39,527 bases of DNA, taken from Bacteroidales bacterium. GTDB taxonomy: Bacteria > Bacteroidota > Bacteroidia > Bacteroidales > UBA6680. A program made the position numbers and the translations under genes. Shown here piece after piece: positions 38,521 to 39,527 of this stretch (position 1 is the first letter of the stretch; every line of letters starts with the position of its first letter). The notes under the pieces were generated by a model. That model was given only the letters and a program-made list of their open reading frames with translations, did not search any database and had not been told where the DNA came from. Location: contig JAFGOQ010000094.1 of the NCBI GenBank assembly GCA_016926405.1, positions 1 through 39,527 on the forward strand, written 5' to 3'.

Positions 38521-39132
38521 ATGAAGATTATCTGTATTGGATATAATTACCGCCCTCATATTGAGGAGTTAAAGGCGCAAATACCTACTGTGCCAGTGTT
38601 TTTTACTAAACCCGACTCGGCATTTCTTAAAAAGGGGCAGCCTTTTTACTATCCCGATTTTACTAAAGAGTTGCATTACGAGGCCGAGGTGGTGGTTAAG
38701 ATTAATAAGGTTGGTAAGAATATTAGTAAAAAGTTTGCCAACAGATACTACAACGAAATAGGTTTTGGTATCGATTTTACTGCGCGCGATTTGCAAAATC
38801 AATGTATTGCCGAGGGTAAACCGTGGGAAATTGCCAAAGCTTTTGATGGGGCTGCTCCTGTGGGCGATTTTTACAATGTGTCGGAGTTAGGAAACGTTGA
38901 GGATATTACTATTAAGCTCGAGAAGAATGGCGAAGTAGTACAGCACGACTCCCTAAAAAGCCTAATATTCTCAATTGACGATATTATTGCTTATGTATCG
39001 CAATTTATGACTCTTAAAATTGGCGATTTAATTTATACCGGAACACCATGCGGAGTGGGCGAGGTTAAAATAGGCGATAAGCTTACAGGCTATATTAACG
39101 ACAAGCAAGCTTTAGAGCTTTTAGTTCGATAA
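38521..39132 (+). CDS. Fumarylacetoacetate hydrolase family protein
   Basis: CIGYNY..H, FTKP, HYEAE, DFTARDLQ, GDLIYTGTP.GVG. Confidence 0.95.
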   Translation: MKIICIGYNYRPHIEELKAQIPTVPVFFTKPDSAFLKKGQPFYYPDFTKELHYEAEVVVKINKVGKNISKKFANRYYNEIGFGIDFTARDLQNQCIAEGKPWEIAKAFDGAAPVGDFYNVSELGNVEDITIKLEKNGEVVQHDSLKSLIFSIDDIIAYVSQFMTLKIGDLIYTGTPCGVGEVKIGDKLTGYINDKQALELLVR

Positions 39133-39292
39133 TTCTGGAATTGAGATTAAAAAGTATCTATGTTATTTTAAGCTACCAGCTTTAATCTTCAATTTATGGT
39201 TAACAGCCAACCTGAATAGAATTAAACGTTTTGCTTTTTAAGATTATGGTTTCTATAACCAACAACAAACTATAAAGTAGTATCTACTTAAT

Positions 39293-39430
39293 TATATTAG
39301 AGGGTGTCCAAAAACAATTAATAAAAAATTAAAATGTCACGTTGAGCGGAGTCGAAACGTTGTGTTTTCAATGAAACAATCCTTCGACTACGCCCAGGAT
39401 GACAGTTTAATTTAGTTTTTGGACATCCTC
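39293..39430. mobile_element. REP/MITE-like long palindromic element
   Basis: Outer IR GAGGGTGTCCAAAAAC/GTTTTTGGACATCCTC; inner IR TGTCACGTTGAGCGGAGTCGAA/TTCGACTACGCCCAGGATGACA. Confidence 0.7.
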
Positions 39431-39505
39431 AAAACTCCCCTCCAAAAAAATAACGCCACAGATGTTGTGCAAAAAGCACCCTGTACTGGTAAATGGTCAA
39501 TTAAC

Positions 39506-39527
39506 TATATTAGAGGGTGTCCAAAAA
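39506..39527. repeat. Start of a second copy of the palindromic element (cut by window end)
   Basis: 22 bp identical to 39293-39314. Confidence 0.75.

Overview
AT-rich Bacteroidota chromosome segment (TAnnTTTG promoters, gldF/gldG, SiaB/SiaC pair). It is mostly housekeeping: guaA, tRNA-Pro(GGG), four FKBPs plus a DHH phosphoesterase, ndk, truA, pheT, surE, dnaN. A complete type II-C CRISPR-Cas locus lies between guaA and tRNA-Pro: cas9-cas1-cas2, a divergent tracrRNA, and an array of 17 repeats and 16 spacers of 30 bp. Two old-end repeats are 124-bp 'long' repeats, each split by the same structured ~78-bp insert. Each canonical repeat carries a Bacteroidota promoter box. A degenerate second copy of the tracrRNA 3' module follows the tracrRNA. 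Upstream of cas9 sits a 17-unit, 22-bp palindromic tandem array next to an HU-like gene. Elsewhere: an SPFH operon with an unlisted 57-aa Arc/RHH gene, a tandem TGATATCA operator and three diverged paralogs (one with an internal stop); a candidate pseudoknotted leader before a DnaQ-like exonuclease; and a REP/MITE-like palindrome at the window end. All calls come from reading the sequence by eye; no searches were run.
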